Source of the DNA: an uncultured Erysipelotrichaceae bacterium
GTDB taxonomy: Bacteria; Bacillota_I; Bacilli_A; RFN20; CAG-826
Reading direction: 5' to 3'
Assembly: GCA_902777015.1 (NCBI GenBank)
Contig: CACYSA010000006.1
Coordinates: forward strand, 33,502-97,501
DNA: 64,000 bases
Shown: one piece after another, positions 10,809 to 20,871 of the stretch
How the letters are laid out: each line of letters begins with the position of its first letter
Numbering within the stretch: position 1 is the first letter of the stretch
Notes under the pieces: generated by a model
Seen by the model: only the letters and a program-made list of their open reading frames with translations
What the model was told of the DNA's origin: nothing
Databases searched by the model: none
Translations under genes and position numbers: made by a program

Positions 10809-11459
10809 TTATAAAGGTAAATAATGACTAATAACTACCCAAACCGCTAATAATATAAGGATGCAACCACCGATGATACCGGCAATTTCATATTTGCCTT
10901 TTAATAAGCGGATTATTTGTTTACCAAGGAATAAACCAATAAGTGATATTACAAATGTTAAAACTAAGATAATAGAAACATGCAACCACACTGTTGCCAC
11001 TGTTGATAATCCAGCGTGAAGAGCAACACCAGCGGCTAAAGCATCAACTGCTGTAGCAAAGCCATAGAATAGTACTTCTTTAATCGAAAACTTTTTAGCG
11101 CATTTTTCTTCTAATGGCTTTTTCATTTCTTTAATCGATTCAATAAGCATCTTAATGCCTAAGAACAATAAAAGCGCGAAGGCTAACCACACAACGATTA
11201 AAGAAGCGATTTCACCGGCTTTATTGCCTGTAACGCTTCCCGCTATAGTTTCGATTAATTCAACAAGCCAGAAGCCGATTAAAGGCATTAATGCTTGCAT
11301 GACACCAAAGGTGCCAGCAATAAAAAATGATTTTCTTTTATTAATATCGGAATAAGTTAAGCCATCAGTTAAAGCAACGGAAAATGCATCCATTGATAAT
11401 CCAATACCTAAAAAGAAAACAGTTAATAATATCTTTAAGCTCATATTACTTAATATCAA
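10809..11459 (-). CDS. mntP: Manganese efflux pump MntP-family protein
   Basis: Duplicated DUF204-like halves (GLSMDAFSVAL... / ...AVDALAAGVAL) in about 216 aa with six TM helices. Confidence 0.6.
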   Translation of the reverse strand: MILSNMSLKILLTVFFLGIGLSMDAFSVALTDGLTYSDINKRKSFFIAGTFGVMQALMPLIGFWLVELIETIAGSVTGNKAGEIASLIVVWLAFALLLFLGIKMLIESIKEMKKPLEEKCAKKFSIKEVLFYGFATAVDALAAGVALHAGLSTVATVWLHVSIILVLTFVISLIGLFLGKQIIRLLKGKYEIAGIIGGCILILLAVWVVISHYLPL

Positions 11460-11994
11460 TCCAATATCTTTCTAATGGTTTTTCATCTTCTATGATGATG
11501 TTTTCAAGGACACCACCATTGTTGATAATTGATTTTTTAGAACCAATGTTATCTGAATTACAGCACATTAATACCCTATTAATTCCTAGTTTTTTACATT
11601 CTAATAACGCTAAACGAATCATTTCTGTCGCATAGCCTTTTCTTCTTTCACTAGGTCTAATACCATCCCCAATATGACCACCACATTTGAGTAAATGTTC
11701 ATTTAAATAATGACGAATACTAATAGCGCCCACTAATCTATTTCTTTCCTCATCTAATAAAAAGAATACAGAATCAGGAACAAATCCTTGTGAAGTATCT
11801 TTAGTTTCTAAATGTTCTAAATAATAATCAAAATCATGGTAATCGTTTTTAAAGATTGCCCAAGGTGAACCATCGGTGTGATTGATTTGTTGGTCTAATT
11901 TCCATTCATCAATCATTTCCCCTAATTGTTTCTGATATTCTTTACTTAATTTGATTAGTTTTACTTTCATAATAACAAGTATGATAGCACTCAC
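11446..11994 (-). CDS. GNAT-family N-acetyltransferase
   Basis: Acetyl-CoA binding motif R..G.G..L. Confidence 0.65.
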   Translation of the reverse strand: MSAIILVIMKVKLIKLSKEYQKQLGEMIDEWKLDQQINHTDGSPWAIFKNDYHDFDYYLEHLETKDTSQGFVPDSVFFLLDEERNRLVGAISIRHYLNEHLLKCGGHIGDGIRPSERRKGYATEMIRLALLECKKLGINRVLMCCNSDNIGSKKSIINNGGVLENIIIEDEKPLERYWIDIK

Positions 11995-12075
11995 TTTATA
12001 AAAATAAAAGACCAGTAAATTATACTTTGTATAAGTATGAAATAAGTGATAGACTTTCTTTTGTTGGAGTTATTT

Positions 12076-12795
12076 ATGCTAAGCAAACAAAAAATTCTCA
12101 TCTTATCAATGATTAGTGTCATTGTTGTATCTTGTTCTAATAAAAAACCTTTAACTTTAGAAGAAAGATTACATGAAGCCTATTTAGATGTCATAGAGCA
12201 AGATGAAAAAGATATCAGACCATTAGTGAGCATCACTAAAGAAGAAAAGAATATTGACTGGAATGACGAAGGAGATCGAGTGCTGCTATTCACTTTCCAT
12301 AGATTCCCTACTTCTTATCCAGAAGGAGAAGAAATCACCTTCACATGGAATGAATCATGGCTTTGCCCAGTGAAAGAATATAAAAACTGGTATTTGTCTA
12401 ACAAGACCAATATTAATGATCCTCTTCTTAGAACTAAACAAGTTTTAGGAATGTCACACGAAAGTAAAAACACCTATATTACATCCATGTGGTTAAATCC
12501 AGCCGATTTAAAAAGACCTGCTTATGTTACGGACATTACTAAATCAATGGCATTATCCTTTAGCGAGAACGAAACAGAAGAATATAAGACCTGGTTTAAC
12601 AATCAATACTATTATTCATATGATGTTAGTAAGCTTCCGTGGACTAGATTAGGTTATACCTATGACTGGAGCGAAGAAGCAAAAGATAAATATGGCCTAA
12701 CTGAATTTATTGCTTTTAAAGGCACTAAAGCGATAGTCGACAAGACACTACAAGTGGAAGACTTCATAAAATCATTTAATGTTTTAAAGAAATAA
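12076..12795 (+). CDS. Lipoprotein, unknown function
   Basis: Signal peptide with lipobox VVSCSN. Start taken at internal Met (MLSKQK). Confidence 0.45.
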   Translation: MLSKQKILILSMISVIVVSCSNKKPLTLEERLHEAYLDVIEQDEKDIRPLVSITKEEKNIDWNDEGDRVLLFTFHRFPTSYPEGEEITFTWNESWLCPVKEYKNWYLSNKTNINDPLLRTKQVLGMSHESKNTYITSMWLNPADLKRPAYVTDITKSMALSFSENETEEYKTWFNNQYYYSYDVSKLPWTRLGYTYDWSEEAKDKYGLTEFIAFKGTKAIVDKTLQVEDFIKSFNVLKK

Positions 12796-12826
12796 AGACA
12801 TCTCGTCGAGATGTCATTTTTTTCGT
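12796..12826. terminator. Bidirectional rho-independent terminator
   Basis: GACATCTCG-TCG-AGATGTC hairpin flanked by A and T runs, between a plus-strand CDS and the minus-strand tRNA cluster. Confidence 0.55.
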
Positions 12827-12827
12827 T

Positions 12828-12918
12828 TGGCGGAGAATTAGGGATTCGAACCCTAGCAGGACTTGCATCCTCTATCGGTTTTCAAGACCGACCCCTTCAA
12901 CCGCTTGGGTAATTCTCC
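12828..12918 (-). tRNA. tRNA-Ser (anticodon TGA)
   Basis: Reverse complement gives GGAGAAT acceptor, anticodon loop CTTGAAA, long variable arm and GGTTCGAATCC T-loop with CCA. Confidence 0.85.
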
Positions 12919-12921
12919 TTA

Positions 12922-12998
12922 TGGTGGACCATCCAGGACTTGAACCCGGAACATAACGGTTATGGGCCGTCCACTCTAACCGATTGAGTTAATGGTCC
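12922..12998 (-). tRNA. tRNA with CAT anticodon (Met, or Ile2 by lysidine)
   Basis: Reverse complement gives GGACCAT acceptor, anticodon loop CCCATAA, T-loop GGGTTCAAGTCC and CCA. Confidence 0.75.
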
Positions 12999-13274
12999 AT
13001 TTAAACCTCTTGATTGACGATCCATATCTTCCACAACGATGTCGAAGATTTCGCCTAAGGTCGCACAATGTGAGAGTAAATCCCATGGCTCATTTGTGTG
13101 GAAATGGATTTTAATCATTTCATCATCACCAACACAGATAAGAGAATCACCTTTCATGTTTTCTAAAATCCAATCAGTAATTTCATCTTCATCAAGACCT
13201 TGACCTTCAATTAATAATTGGGTGTCATAACGGTATTGTAACATGGCTCTACCCCCTATTTTATATTTAATCAC
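12960..13274 (-). pseudogene. Probable remnant of a fatty-acid kinase subunit gene (DAK2-domain FakA/YloV C-terminus), trapped between tRNAs
   Basis: Only the C-terminal-like portion of FakA is present (GDSLICVGDDEMIKIHFHTNEPWDL...IVVEDMDRQ), with no upstream N-terminal domain. The last 13 codons overlap tRNA(CAT). The 5' side abuts tRNA-Ala. Confidence 0.35.
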
Positions 13275-13293
13275 TCAGTGATTATAAACAATT

Positions 13294-13369
13294 TGGTGGA
13301 TCCGACGAGAATCGAACTCGCTACCTCCTGAATGCAAATCAGGCGCTCTCCCAGGTGAGCTACGGACCC
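13294..13369 (-). tRNA. tRNA-Ala (anticodon TGC)
   Basis: GGGTCCG acceptor with G3:U70, anticodon loop TTTGCAT and CCA end. Confidence 0.85.
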
Positions 13370-13426
13370 ATTGCTGTAGAACAGCATTTATAACATTAAC
13401 AACTTTGTTAATATTATTCAAGAAAA

Positions 13427-15064
13427 TTATAATTTTGTAATCGTTATTTCCGCAAAATTCTCGTATAAAGAACCAACTTGGAAACTAAATCCTAAATCGC
13501 TCTTATCATTAAGTCTAGCGCCGTTAACGAATTGTCTAGAGAATTTAGACATGGAGAATGATTCGCCTTTTTTGAATAAATCGTTTTTAGATAAGTTGCT
13601 ATCAGACGATGGTTTATATGTAGCGTTTGTGTTATTTCTAATTAACTGCAAGATGTTGTAATTATAATTATTTTCTCCTAAAGGCGCTAAGTAGCCTTCA
13701 GTCTCTTCTGTTCCATCATAATAAGAATTAGACATCGCTAAAACAACCGCACCATTATCTTTTTTAACGTTGTTAGTAATTGAATAAATTGTTGGATTAG
13801 ATAATGGGTAATAGATTAATCTAGCGTCAACGTGCCATACACGTATACCACCAGCATTTACTCCAACAGGGCCTTTATTTCTATAAGAGTATTTTGTATC
13901 GAATTCATTTAGACCAGTTGGTGTGTAGTATTCTAATAAGAGATATTCATCAAATGGTGATCTAGATTCACCAGTATTATTTGGGCTTAGTAAAATCATT
14001 TCACCAGTTTCACTAAATGGTCTGAGATTAATAGTCATCGTATCTGTTGGCATATAAGCTTTACCCCAGCCTAAAGCAAAAGAAGAGAAAGCATCATGAC
14101 CACCAACGTTTTTATCTTGCATTGAAAAACCTGCAGCGGGTGAATATTTATAAGAAGAATAATCATAATAGTCTTCTAAACCAAACATATGACCAGTCTC
14201 ATGGATATATGAATGAGCGTCAACATAGCAGTGTGATGTATCACCACTTCCATAGGAAGAAGTTAAACAACGAGAGAAAGAATCACTCTTGCTATACATA
14301 AAGTCATAACTTGCCCAGAAGAAAACATTTGGTCCAGGACTAACTTTATTTTTTAATGATTGATCTTGAATCCAGAAGCAATACGCCCAGAGGTTAGTAT
14401 AAGAATCACGACCATAGGCGACATAATCAGGAGCGGCATAAATAAACATTACACCATCTAAATAGCCGTCTTTGTCTTTATCATAATTCGCTCTTGAATC
14501 AGATGAATTGCTCGCGAAATACCAGTTAGTGGCGTTTTTCACTAATTGGGTTGTTCTAGATGTATCACTATCAGTAGCGTAATATTGATAACTATTACTT
14601 ACTTCGTACCATTCAGAAACTTTACCAGTAATTGTTAAAGCACCATGGCTTTCTTCTTCATAGAAAGATTTAACACTTCTCCAACCGGTTTCATCGTTAG
14701 TGCCAAAATAACTCTTCTCAATATCTTTTCTAACATCGGCTTTTTTAGATGTTGAAATAAAAGCGGAAGAATCAGAGAACCAAACTGGAATAACTAAAAT
14801 ATGAGCTTCGCCCACACATGGCGTTGATGAAATAGCATAAACATTGTTTTGGACATAGTCCATATAATTATATAAACCCTTTTTAGGTTCAATTTCATTT
14901 GGCGCTAAAGATGTATTAGCGGGTTGATATGATTCGCTAGGCACATAAGTATATGGACTAGATGGATCACCATTTAAAAAAGAAAAAAGCGCATCTAAAG
15001 CATCACACGAAGTGAGTGATAGAGCCATAGCGATTGGTAAACAAAGTAATAATTCCTTTTTCAT
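13427..15064 (-). CDS. Zinc metalloprotease lipoprotein, HExxHxxGxxD type (M6/InhA-like)
   Basis: Lipobox LTSCD. Active-site motif HETGHMFGLED. Confidence 0.5.
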   Translation of the reverse strand: MKKELLLCLPIAMALSLTSCDALDALFSFLNGDPSSPYTYVPSESYQPANTSLAPNEIEPKKGLYNYMDYVQNNVYAISSTPCVGEAHILVIPVWFSDSSAFISTSKKADVRKDIEKSYFGTNDETGWRSVKSFYEEESHGALTITGKVSEWYEVSNSYQYYATDSDTSRTTQLVKNATNWYFASNSSDSRANYDKDKDGYLDGVMFIYAAPDYVAYGRDSYTNLWAYCFWIQDQSLKNKVSPGPNVFFWASYDFMYSKSDSFSRCLTSSYGSGDTSHCYVDAHSYIHETGHMFGLEDYYDYSSYKYSPAAGFSMQDKNVGGHDAFSSFALGWGKAYMPTDTMTINLRPFSETGEMILLSPNNTGESRSPFDEYLLLEYYTPTGLNEFDTKYSYRNKGPVGVNAGGIRVWHVDARLIYYPLSNPTIYSITNNVKKDNGAVVLAMSNSYYDGTEETEGYLAPLGENNYNYNILQLIRNNTNATYKPSSDSNLSKNDLFKKGESFSMSKFSRQFVNGARLNDKSDLGFSFQVGSLYENFAEITITKL

Positions 15065-15173
15065 AACAATTTAGTATTAGTTATTTTAACAATATCTATG
15101 TTAAAAATAAATGCAATTTATGTTTTGCCTTTGATAGTTTTAACGAAAAATAAGATGAAGATTAGAAATATTT

Positions 15174-15797
15174 CTAATTATTTTCTTTAGCTTTTCTTCT
15201 GGCTTCTTTTTGTTTTTGAAGTTCGATATTATTGTTATAGATTCTTAATAATCTTGGTAAATTATACTTCAGTATAAAAGCGGGTAAAACAATTAATATA
15301 GCGTTGACTACAGCGATTGGTAAAGCAATGGTTAACCAAATATTTGATTGTCCTAAATACATCTTCCAATCTAATAAAATGATTAAAAATGAAGTTGGAA
15401 CGCTCATCAAGTGGATAGCGATACCATATCTTGCTTCTAAAATGAAACGGGCAATATATTCGTTATCAAATGGGTTAACGACTTTGTTTTTATGAAAGGC
15501 AGTGAAACTGCCTAATTCAGGAATATAATCTTTCCATTTTTGGACACCTAAAAATGTATAGAACTTCAGTTCTTTTTCACTAGTTCTTGTAAACCAATAA
15601 TCTTTTTGAAACCATTTTTCTGGTAGCTTTCTAATGATTAAGGCCACTAAAGCGTCAATAAGTATCACGATGATTGTTAACGCTAATGTGAAGATAATAT
15701 AAAGCCACCACTTATCATGGTAAATAGGATTAAGGAAGATATTTAACGATGCTACCGAAATGACACCGATAGCAATAATAATGAGATATAAAACCAT
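15174..15797 (-). CDS. Small polytopic membrane protein, co-transcribed with the GT8-acyltransferase
   Basis: Start overlaps the upstream stop by 1 bp. Four or five TM helices. Confidence 0.4.
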   Translation of the reverse strand: MVLYLIIIAIGVISVASLNIFLNPIYHDKWWLYIIFTLALTIIVILIDALVALIIRKLPEKWFQKDYWFTRTSEKELKFYTFLGVQKWKDYIPELGSFTAFHKNKVVNPFDNEYIARFILEARYGIAIHLMSVPTSFLIILLDWKMYLGQSNIWLTIALPIAVVNAILIVLPAFILKYNLPRLLRIYNNNIELQKQKEARRKAKENN

Positions 15798-17617
15798 TAT
15801 TTAGCCTCGGTGAGATAGGTGAGTGGCTCACCATATACTTTTTCATAGACTTCTTTACAAAGTCTTTCATTTTCTTTTTTCATATTAGTGACATTTTCTT
15901 GTTGGCTTAATCTTTCTTCTGGATAGATAGCGGGTAAGAAATGCAATGTATATGCTTGAATAATAGAGCCATCTTTCGCTATTTTATCAGTATCTCTCAT
16001 CGTAATAAATGTTGGAATAACTGGAACATTATTACGCGCCGCAAAGATAAATGCGCCTTGTTTTAATGGCTTTGGTTTACGATAATTCCACCACATTGAT
16101 TGTTCTGGATAAATGAGGATGTAATTACCTTTATGAAGAATTGTATCAACAGCGTTTTGGAACGACCTTAAAACTGTTGGGTTAGTGGCAAGAGGTAAGG
16201 TATTACAGTTTCTTAGGAAATAACCAAAAATACCTGGCATTGTATAGTTACCTTCTCTAATCACTTTATATAGTTTCTTGCATCTAGCGTATTTTCTAAG
16301 CGCTAAATGGAGTGGAACACTATCAAATGGAGAAAAGTGGTTTGCGGTAATGACTGCCCCACCTTTGACTCTTTTAAGATTTTCAACACCTTCAAAGCCA
16401 TCGATGACAATCGCACCTTTTTTAATCATATGTTTAAAGAAACGATATGAATAATAATTGGCCCACATTGTTTTGACTTTGCTAGTCCATTTTTTTCTTA
16501 AATAGTCAACATCTCCTGGCATTAAGTGACGATATGGGGGATCATTTTCCACATCGACATCGAATTTACCGAGTCTTTCAAGTTCGATAATTTTATTAAC
16601 AACTTCTCTTCTTTCAGGAGAGAGCTTAGACATAATCTCATCAACTTTTTTGATCTTTTGATCCATTGTTTCGTATTTTTCTTTAACGGGTTCTCCATTA
16701 ATCTTTTGATGATATTCTTCCGCTTTAGAAGCTTCTAAATTACAGAATGCTTTTACTCCATCAACGCCTTGAAGAATCTTTTCGGTGACTTCTTGAGGAA
16801 TAGCCTCTCTATTTTTCAAGATTTGGTTTTTAACACCAGCGAGTTCAGCGTATTTGAAGAATTCTTCTTCATACATGATGTTTTCTAAGTTCCAAGGTTT
16901 GAACATTAAGTTATAGTGAATTAAAGATGGCTCATTCACTCTTTCACCAAGTGGCATGACATTCCATTTTTTATCTAATAATAATGTCTTATCTTTGCAA
17001 AGATAATTTAATAAATCTTGGTCTTGAGCAACTTTAAATGTCACTCTCTTTAATAGATTAACAACGCGTTTTTCTAAGCCGAATTCTCTGAGCTTTTTAA
17101 AATTCATTAATAAAACACCAGCGTTAAAGTATTTGGTGTGATCCATTTCAATGACTTTATGAACATAATTAATGAATTCATCATAAAGTTGGACGGATGC
17201 ATCAGGCACCGCACCAACGAGGTTATCACCTAAATCGGTGAAATATAATTTAGCAATATCATCACGGACAACGATATCGCTATCTAAATATAATCCTTTA
17301 TTAAATAAAGGGAATAAATCTGGTAAGAATAAACGGTAATAAGTTGTGATTGTGTAATAATCACGGACATCTAACTTGACTGATAATGAATGCACTTTAA
17401 GTGTGACATCATAAAACCAAATAAAGATGTTTTTGTTGTTTTGAAATTTGCGAAGGGCTTTCTTGCTTTTTGAAGATAAGCCATCGTGAAGAATGGTCAA
17501 GTGATATTTATACTTCTTAGAAGCATGTCTAACGATACTAGCAATAGTCACTGACAGATAAGGGATGTAGTTATCGTCCACAGTGAAGAAGAGACGAACT
17601 ACTTTCTGTTGGGCCAT
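15797..17617 (-). CDS. Bifunctional GT8 glycosyltransferase / PlsC-like lysophospholipid acyltransferase fusion
   Basis: The N-terminus carries GT8 hallmarks (FTVDDNYIPYLSVTIASI, DSD, NAGVLLMN). The C-terminus has the PlsC H(x)4D motif (ANHFSPFD) and FP/PEG-like acyltransferase blocks. Confidence 0.6.
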   Translation of the reverse strand: MAQQKVVRLFFTVDDNYIPYLSVTIASIVRHASKKYKYHLTILHDGLSSKSKKALRKFQNNKNIFIWFYDVTLKVHSLSVKLDVRDYYTITTYYRLFLPDLFPLFNKGLYLDSDIVVRDDIAKLYFTDLGDNLVGAVPDASVQLYDEFINYVHKVIEMDHTKYFNAGVLLMNFKKLREFGLEKRVVNLLKRVTFKVAQDQDLLNYLCKDKTLLLDKKWNVMPLGERVNEPSLIHYNLMFKPWNLENIMYEEEFFKYAELAGVKNQILKNREAIPQEVTEKILQGVDGVKAFCNLEASKAEEYHQKINGEPVKEKYETMDQKIKKVDEIMSKLSPERREVVNKIIELERLGKFDVDVENDPPYRHLMPGDVDYLRKKWTSKVKTMWANYYSYRFFKHMIKKGAIVIDGFEGVENLKRVKGGAVITANHFSPFDSVPLHLALRKYARCKKLYKVIREGNYTMPGIFGYFLRNCNTLPLATNPTVLRSFQNAVDTILHKGNYILIYPEQSMWWNYRKPKPLKQGAFIFAARNNVPVIPTFITMRDTDKIAKDGSIIQAYTLHFLPAIYPEERLSQQENVTNMKKENERLCKEVYEKVYGEPLTYLTEAK

Positions 17618-17831
17618 AAATAAAAGCCTCCTTTAGGCAGTATCAATATTAGCAAATGACTTTTTAGAAATATTCCTATTTGTCATTTTTGTTACTCTAC
17701 TTAAGTGGACTCTAAAAGTAGAGCTGAAAAAAACTATAGTATAGTTAAAATATTTAGTCAAATCCTAAAGGATTGACACAAAGTGACAAGCGTAACATTT
17801 AGATAAGCTCGTATAGTTTATCAATATTCCA

Positions 17832-19757
17832 CTACTCAAGTTCTATGATAGTGAATGACTTATTAGTGTTGCTATAAAGATAGATTTTATTGTCTTTAAA
17901 TAGACCAAATTCAGAGTCATAAAGACTTTCAGTGGCGCAGTAAGTAGTACGTTCACCACTATTTGTGTCTACTTTAATAATGAATGAATGATATTGATCA
18001 TCTGATAAGACAATATAGATATTATCCTCACCAGGGAAAGTTAGCATTTTAGTATCATAACTTGATAATTTTATATCAATATATTTTTCACATGATGGTT
18101 TTTCCCAGTCTTTCACATTAACTAAATAGCTATTACTAGAAACAATATAGCCATTGTGATCGAGATAAACAGTCGCAAAGCTTGGGCCTTTATCCAGTTT
18201 TCCATTGCGGCTTTTGTCTTGCACATACTGTCCATCTTTATAGATAAAGAAATTAGGATTAATACCACTGGTGATTTGTGTGTTATTAGTGATGAGCATA
18301 TCTTGTTCTTTATCATAAACTAGATAAGAACCATGATAGAAAAAGTGTTCTAAACCCGCGAAGATTTCAGATGTTTTAGTGGTCGGATGATAAATATAAA
18401 GTGGGACCCATTGTCCACGTCCTGGACAAACGATAATATCTCCTCTTTTATCAATCACTGTGTAATCAGGTGCGGTATTCATATTAATTTCATCAATGAT
18501 TTCTAAAGATGTTTTATCAATGACATAGATGATACCCCTATTATCTGATTCAGTATGATAGCCAGTAGATGGGGCTAAAGTTGTGATTGTAATGTGATAG
18601 ACACCATCATGAACGAGTATTTTATTAACATCACCCTCAACATCAAATTGTTTAAGGACATTTAAAGTGGATAATTCTAAAATAGTAACCTTATTATCTG
18701 CACTAAAAATATAACGATCATTGTCTAAATCATAAGCGTGTGGTAATTTTGATTTAGTTTCAATTTTATCATAGGCCACTGTACCTTGTTTTTTTGCGGT
18801 TCCAGTTTCAATTAAAGAAACATTCATTGAATAAGATTTGCCCGCGAAAGAATAGTTAAATTTACCTGTTTCTTTATCATAGACACCATCTTTACCTAAG
18901 ATTTCAATTTCAAAAGGATTATTAGGGCTAGTAAGATAGGCCATAACCCTGTTATCCGGTATATAATTAACGAAATAATCATCACTATAGACATTGCTTC
19001 TTGCTTCATATCCTTTACCATATTCAAGGACAAAGGCAAAGTCTTTTTCAACAAAGTCATAAGTTTTTTGATCGACCTTTAAATAACTATTAGCGTCGAT
19101 TGTTCTTTTTGTATAAATATCACCATAACCATTGACTGCGTAAACAATTCTTAAAGGCATAGAAACACCAAGTAGTTTTTGTATATAGCTATCAAAAACC
19201 ATTGATACTGTGGTAATTCTTTTTTCATAAAAGTTGACTAAGAAATCGACATTTTCAAGGTCGAATGACATTTCTTTATCTAATTCATCTAAAGCCTCAC
19301 TATCAAATAAGTCGGTTTTAGAAGAAGCTTCTTTAAGATTTAAAGTAAACGAGAATGTTTGATCTTCTTTAGAATATGAAGAGCTTTTGAAATATTTAGC
19401 AATATCTATCGATTCATTATTAAATAAAGCGGAATTATCTTTATCGATATATACTTTATAGCCATCACCATCGAGGATTGATTTATCTTTAGTGGTAATT
19501 TCTTTTAAAGATGGACGGTTATATGGGTATGACATCACCATTTCACTATCAGAATAAAAACTCATTAGTGATGTCGTTGTGGCTCCACTGATGATTCTCA
19601 TTGTGAAATCGTTATTTGGTGAATTGAAGAAAGTTTCAACTTCTTTATAAGCAGATTTATAATTTAATTCTTTTTGTCCATTATTGGTGTTATTGCACGC
19701 CACAACGGCGGTAGAGAGGATAATAATTGGTAATATTTTTTTATTCATAGGGAGCAC
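17832..19757 (-). CDS. Large surface lipoprotein, unknown function
   Basis: Lipobox VVACNN. 641 aa, repetitive beta-rich composition. Confidence 0.45.
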   Translation of the reverse strand: MLPMNKKILPIIILSTAVVACNNTNNGQKELNYKSAYKEVETFFNSPNNDFTMRIISGATTTSLMSFYSDSEMVMSYPYNRPSLKEITTKDKSILDGDGYKVYIDKDNSALFNNESIDIAKYFKSSSYSKEDQTFSFTLNLKEASSKTDLFDSEALDELDKEMSFDLENVDFLVNFYEKRITTVSMVFDSYIQKLLGVSMPLRIVYAVNGYGDIYTKRTIDANSYLKVDQKTYDFVEKDFAFVLEYGKGYEARSNVYSDDYFVNYIPDNRVMAYLTSPNNPFEIEILGKDGVYDKETGKFNYSFAGKSYSMNVSLIETGTAKKQGTVAYDKIETKSKLPHAYDLDNDRYIFSADNKVTILELSTLNVLKQFDVEGDVNKILVHDGVYHITITTLAPSTGYHTESDNRGIIYVIDKTSLEIIDEINMNTAPDYTVIDKRGDIIVCPGRGQWVPLYIYHPTTKTSEIFAGLEHFFYHGSYLVYDKEQDMLITNNTQITSGINPNFFIYKDGQYVQDKSRNGKLDKGPSFATVYLDHNGYIVSSNSYLVNVKDWEKPSCEKYIDIKLSSYDTKMLTFPGEDNIYIVLSDDQYHSFIIKVDTNSGERTTYCATESLYDSEFGLFKDNKIYLYSNTNKSFTIIELE

Positions 19758-19878
19758 TCCAACTTCGCTATTATAAAAAGTGAAAGTGCTATAAGCAACA
19801 TTTATTTATTATTAGTATAAAAAACATTAAAAAATACCGATATTTATTGAATAAATTTAAAAATATTTATATTATTTT

Positions 19879-20844
19879 ATGGGTGATAATATGAAATACA
19901 AAAATACTAAATTATTGCTTGTTAGCATCGCACTATTTACTACATGTACCTCATTAGTAGCGTGTTCTTCTTCTACTTCTACTAGCGGCGAAATAACCTA
20001 TTGCACATTGAATAAAGAATTAAAAGCGTATAATGACTTAAAAGTCACCGCTAGTGTTAATGACACATATGAATATTATGTTAATGCGACTTTTAAAAAT
20101 AACGGCGATCAATATGTTCCTTTATATTCTTATGACCATGAATACGTCAATACAGGCAATGCTATTGTAAGTGGTTTCTACACAGAATATAAATGTCCAT
20201 TTACACATCGTTATATTGGCCCTAATGAAACAATTAGTCTTGTCATGGACAAATATCCATACGACAGTCAAGAAGGATGCGTTAACGCGATCAATAACAA
20301 AAGCGTTAGAACTTGTTACTACACTTCTGAATATACAGGCATGAAATTCAGTGACATGAAGATAAAGATGATCACTAAAGAAGAAAGAAACGAAAAGAAA
20401 TTCTATAATTATGCCTACTTATATTACAAACCATCAGGCAAATTTATCGATGGTGATAACTATCACTTATTGGTCAATTTCACATTTAAAGGTGAGACAT
20501 ACACTGTGATGAGCACTGATCCAGAATATGAAGAGCATGCTTTTGGATTTGATCTCGAATCACCATATTATTTTAACTATCATGAATGGGATGATCCTGA
20601 AGGTCGCTATAAAGACTACACAATCGATGACAGCATGTTTACCGTAAATTGGGTTAAATGTTACACCGCTTGGTTTGGGAAAAATCAAAAAGGAAAATGT
20701 CGCGATGTCTTCCGCTGTTATGAAGATAAAACCGCTAGAGCCATAAAGAAAATTGCTATTGGAGTTGGCATATTTGCAATATGCGTTACTCCATTTGTGG
20801 TGATATTCATCGTCGCAAGAAGAAAGAAGAAAGCTGGTAACTAA
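19879..20844 (+). CDS. Cys-rich lipoprotein with C-terminal TM anchor
   Basis: Lipobox LVACSS. C-terminal hydrophobic helix plus RRKKKAGN stop-transfer. Hairpin terminator at about 20824-20858. Confidence 0.45.
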   Translation: MGDNMKYKNTKLLLVSIALFTTCTSLVACSSSTSTSGEITYCTLNKELKAYNDLKVTASVNDTYEYYVNATFKNNGDQYVPLYSYDHEYVNTGNAIVSGFYTEYKCPFTHRYIGPNETISLVMDKYPYDSQEGCVNAINNKSVRTCYYTSEYTGMKFSDMKIKMITKEERNEKKFYNYAYLYYKPSGKFIDGDNYHLLVNFTFKGETYTVMSTDPEYEEHAFGFDLESPYYFNYHEWDDPEGRYKDYTIDDSMFTVNWVKCYTAWFGKNQKGKCRDVFRCYEDKTARAIKKIAIGVGIFAICVTPFVVIFIVARRKKKAGN

Positions 20845-20871
20845 ACCAGCTTCTTTTCATATTTATTATTT

